From contig NIVC01000854.1 in the NCBI GenBank assembly GCA_002269645.1, positions 310,001-374,000 of the forward strand: a stretch of DNA of 64,000 nucleotides. The letters run 5' to 3'. Source of the DNA: Macrostomum lignano. Its lineage: Eukaryota. The translations under genes were made by a program, and so were the position numbers. Shown here piece by piece: positions 59,642 through 64,000 of the stretch. Every line of letters starts with the position of its first letter. The stretch's first letter is position 1. Under the pieces are notes generated by a model that searched no databases, was not told where the DNA came from, and was given only the letters and a program-made list of their open reading frames with translations.

Positions 59642-62600
59642 ATTAGCTTATCAATACAGTCTCGGTAAATTATGCTGATTTAAAATCGCCTGACCGGTTG
59701 CAGTGCTCGGTGCATCTGAGTACAATCTAAAATGCAACTCCTTGTTCGATCACACACGAGATCCGTCTTACGCTCTTAGCTGCAAAATTGCATTAGCAGC
59801 TAACTGTCCCTTTGATGCAGGGCCTACCAACAACTCCCAATCGACCCCTTGGTATCTGGTATTGGTAGCAACTATCCATGAGCCACAGCGTTCCAGCGAT
59901 TCCCTCATTAAGCCTTGACATCTCAGCAATTCGACCATGAGCATAATTTTAATTTTAATTTTAGATTATTTTTCGTCTTCAGTTTTTGATAATTTTTTCA
60001 GACATCAAATAGATCAAACGGCGAATAACATCGAAATATCAAAAGGGTAAATAAATTTCAACTGATAAATTTAGCAAGCAGTCTGTAATGTTATTGATAT
60101 TTTCAGTATCGTGGGTAGAAAGCACGAGCATTTAAACTTTTGGGCAGCGTGAGTTAGGGGCTGATTATGGTCGCTGATTATTAATTTATTAATTTTTCTG
60201 TACTAAAGATATAATGCATCCATTGAATTGTACATTGGGCCTTTGTTTTACCGTCTTCAAAAACTTCAATTTAATCCAGGTGTTATGAATTGAGTGACGT
60301 TTTGAGTGAGTGCACGGCTATTGAGAATGAAGTGTTGCAAAATGGCGGGTACTTTTTACGCTATCGCTTCTGGGTGCTCAATGTAAATTCAATGCGTCAT
60401 CACGAACTAAAATCACTGCATTCCCATTTTCTTTCGGCTATTTGTAGCTGGCGAATTTCATGCAGCTACAATGACGCGAGGCGGAGAACTCGAATTCCGT
60501 CAGTCATTTCTCAAATTACTTTAAAAATAACTTGCACACCGATTTGAGATTTGATATTAAATTTCAATTCGGAATTCGAGTACTTCTAGTGCATTAAGAA
60601 GTAATACGAGTATAAGCTATATATTAAGCGACTGAGGGCAAACAATCGACCATAAAACATCATGACTAGAATGTTCAGCAGATCTCTGAAAATTTAACCG
60701 CCTAACAGCGCAACAATGGTAAGTTCAAAAATCCTCAGACAGACTCGTATAACATTTGCGAGTTCCAGTTCGCCAGTTTTTACGAAGCAACAAAAATTTA
60801 TTGTTATAATGCAACTGTGGTCACTTTTTCTGACTAATCCCAAGATGTGAGCGTAAGTAGATCTTCTCGTTTTGTAAAATTATCGCCTGAGCGGCATGCG
60901 TTTATATAAAAAGTACGACGTAACATGAATAATTGCAGTTGTAGTGAATGTTTGAACCCCAAACCCAACAACCAGCCGAAATAATAGCTACCAGGGGGTG
61001 GCTTAAGTCCTTACCGGTCCGACCGCTAGCAACCGAGAAGCTCCCGGCTAAAGCCCTGGCCTGGAAAAACCTGAGGTTCTACACTGGGTCCTTGAGGAAG
61101 ACAGGAAGGCTGTCTCCGGAGCCTGCGGACTGGCCTTGTTAAAGCCAGAGGGTGATACCTGTTCCTCAGAGCGGTGGCCAGAGGTACTTGATACGCACAG
61201 GTTCACTTCTGGGCAGAGCCCGTACCCAATACGGCCGGGACAGAAAGGCCACGGATGGGTTGCCTTAAGCACATTCGGGGCGTGAACCCCTGGATCGGCT
61301 TGCGAGTCAGCTTGGAGAGAGTTCTCCTGCCATTCCTGCACCAGAATAGAGGGGGTGCAGGTGTGTAGGATCGCAGACCTTAGCTCGTAAGCCTGGTCTG
61401 TCTCTTACTACAGAGGCATGCCGAGCTTACCATTGGGTGCTCGGTGGACGTCGCAAGGAGTAAAAAGAATTGAGCGGGCACAGTGTTACTTAGTTCCCGG
61501 ATATACACTGTCAGGCTTATAGCATGTTCGATATGAGAGAAAGCACCCTCAATTCTTCCTTTCGATTCTTCAGGCACAAATATAGATAGTCCTTTGTCTT
61601 TTACTGAAGGTACCGCTCATTTAGTGTTTATTAAAACATGTTTTCAACAGAAGTTATCTGATTCTGGGTGCCAATTTATTGCCAACAGAATTCTTGAATA
61701 TCGTTTTAGGAACAGACGGCACTAATGCGTTAAATCGATTCTAATCAGTGAGAATTCAGGCTCAGTGAGTTATGATAAATTGAAATCCCCAATCCCAAGG
61801 CTATAGCACAGATTAAATGCTAAGCTTGAATCGAAAATATTTTTTGAACTTTTGTTAAGCTGCTAGGCTAGAAAACAACAGCGAAATTTACGAATGGAAA
61901 AACATCAGCTCCGTTTATAATGTTTTGGGCGGTTATAAAGATAAATATAATCTTGAATTGATATTTAGCTATCTCAATTTAAATGATACCTATATCGAAA
62001 TATTTATGATTCTTTTCATTCTTAGCATTCATTCTTATCATTTTAAATCCTAATTTTCTAATTAAAAACCTGTATGTTATCAATATAGAGCTATAAGAAA
62101 GGCAAGGCATATCAAAAGATGAACATTGGGTCCCCCTTCTATCAAAAGCAATAACTAATTTTGCGCTGAAAATGACTTTTGAATAAAATGACCAAAATAA
62201 ACTAGGTTAACTTTATTGGAAGTAAGAAATATGCCACTTTTAGGTTGAATAGCAAGTTTATCATGTTATATTTTTCCTCAAACGCTTCTGGAAACCGTCA
62301 TGCCAGCAAAGTTCATCAAACTTCTATTGTTCCTATTGTATCTTATTGTACTTAAGAATACTTTCCTTCTACCTGTCGATTCTGTAGTCGAAACGAGACA
62401 GAGGACTTTCCTCAGCTACCGCCATTTGACTGTCACAATTCGATTGCCAGTGAATGCAGCTGATACAATAAACTTTGATCGTCCAGGCCGATTATCAGCA
62501 TTTAAATATCGGCAGTCAGATTGCAGGCAGTTTGAGACGCTCATTATGCACACCCTTGTTTTCAAGTTCAACTGCAAGTGGTACTCAAACACTGAAATGG

Positions 62601-64000
62601 CAAAACATTTGCGAGTAGCGCAACAGAGATTGCGTTCCCAAATTTCTTGTCTCACGTGATTCAACGCCTTTCTTATCTGGTTACGATTCAGATAAATTAT
62701 CCTTTTAAAGATGGGTCATAAGTTGACCCCACCTTACGCTTAACTCCCTTTTTACGTCCATCCATGGTTTTTTGAAATCATCATGACAGAACCCCTTTGC
62801 CGCGAGAAAAGGGACGCTCGGAAAGGGATTTTATTTTAACGCGTCACGTGCATGATACGTGACGTGACTTCTCTGAAATCAGAAACTTTTGCCATGCCTT
62901 CGTGAACAGGTGTGTGGTCTCCCCTCGCTTCGATATCCACTTTCGAATAGCGGTAGTATTGTCATCCTCTTTGTACCCACTACTCTCCATTAATCTACTT
63001 CTTGCCTATCGGATGAAAACTGATCCCCTTGAATAAACTTGAACTCACACCCACCTGCTTTGCTTGGTAATCCATCTCTAATCCCAATCTAATCTGAGAG
63101 CAATCCCTAAATCATCCGCCGCGACCTCGCAACCAGCCGAAGTCCTCATCAGACTGACTATCCGGGGTCCTCAAGGCTGGCTTTGAGTCCTTTCTCATTA
63201 GCAGGAGTTTGTTTGGGTGTGCATGTATTTCTGTGCTGGTGACTGGTGGTCATGCTTCTGGCATGTACCTTCAAATGTCCCCTAGTGCCACTAGTTTAGC
63301 ATATATTGGGACCTTGGCCACTCCGGTGCATCCGAACCAGGTCGCAGCATGGGGCTAGGTGAATATGTCTTGGAAGCTAAGCACGATGGTTGTACTACTT
63401 TTAGCACCAGAACGGAAAGCCAGGATCGGTACGGTCGCACGGTGGTTGCGTTGCGATATCGAAGGCAATGACGTGAAATTTTGAATACGAGCTACTCTAC
63501 GGGGCAAGTCCTGGTCGCACGGGTTAGAAGAAACCCTAGCTGATATAGCATCAGCTAGTCAGTGGAGATACGTTAGCTCTTATAAAAATGCAAGCGTTCC
63601 TGTTATTTCTGCTTTTCGATCTATCTAAGCAGACAACTCATTTTATCTGAAATCAATTTTCAGAACACACAGAAATCTTGCTACCATTGTCAAAGTGCGA
63701 GGAAAACTACTTTTAGTAGTCAAAAGTAGTTTGATATTTTAATTTTTTAATTTTACATTACAAATGTTATAATTGTTATAAATTCCTTGTCGAATTCTAG
63801 TTTGAGAACAGTGGCAGCTCTTTACCTTCTTTTGACGTTTTATGTAAGATCAGAGTTATGTATCCAGAAAAGAAATGTTGTAATTCTTCATTCATTCCTG
63901 GTGGTGCAAAAGATGCATTAAAACTAATAATGAGTAAAAAATCACACCGAAATTCAGACTCTTAACAACAATGAGGTATAACGGGCGTTAGCCAGCAAGC

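Noticed and set aside
60995-61060. HDV-like or twister ribozyme at the start of the GC island
   Set aside because: Partial elements (CCGG stem, GGCTAA, CCGGTCC) could not be assembled into either full fold by hand.
63122-63152. Minus-strand CTGATGAGGAC...GTC hammerhead-like motif
   Set aside because: No GAAA after the putative stem II.

Overview
Eukaryotic, intron-rich, repeat-laden animal DNA with no prokaryotic features or CRISPR. The gene content, huge GATA arrays and private minisatellites suggest a free-living flatworm such as Macrostomum (inference only). I assembled genes by hand from GT-AG sites with matching phase. They are an insect-type arylalkylamine N-acetyltransferase (2 exons), a divergent NDNF/Nord-like secreted protein (6-7 exons), Ars2/SRRT (6 exons, minus strand, 1014 aa) and a NAT8/Camello-like membrane GNAT (2 exons). 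There is also a cluster of peptide-receptor-like rhodopsin GPCRs. Mobile DNA includes the 3' end of an RNase H-bearing LINE, decayed RTE, mariner and hAT fragments, two tRNA-derived SINE families and several foldback MITEs. The two best leads are: (1) two duplicated, phase-matched alternative first exons (TM1-4) that can each splice onto one shared TM5-7 GPCR exon, and (2) a Penelope-like retroelement remnant with 173-bp inverted arms, each carrying a minimal hammerhead ribozyme. Most long ORFs in the supplied track are artefacts of tandem repeats. All family assignments come from motif recognition; no searches were run.
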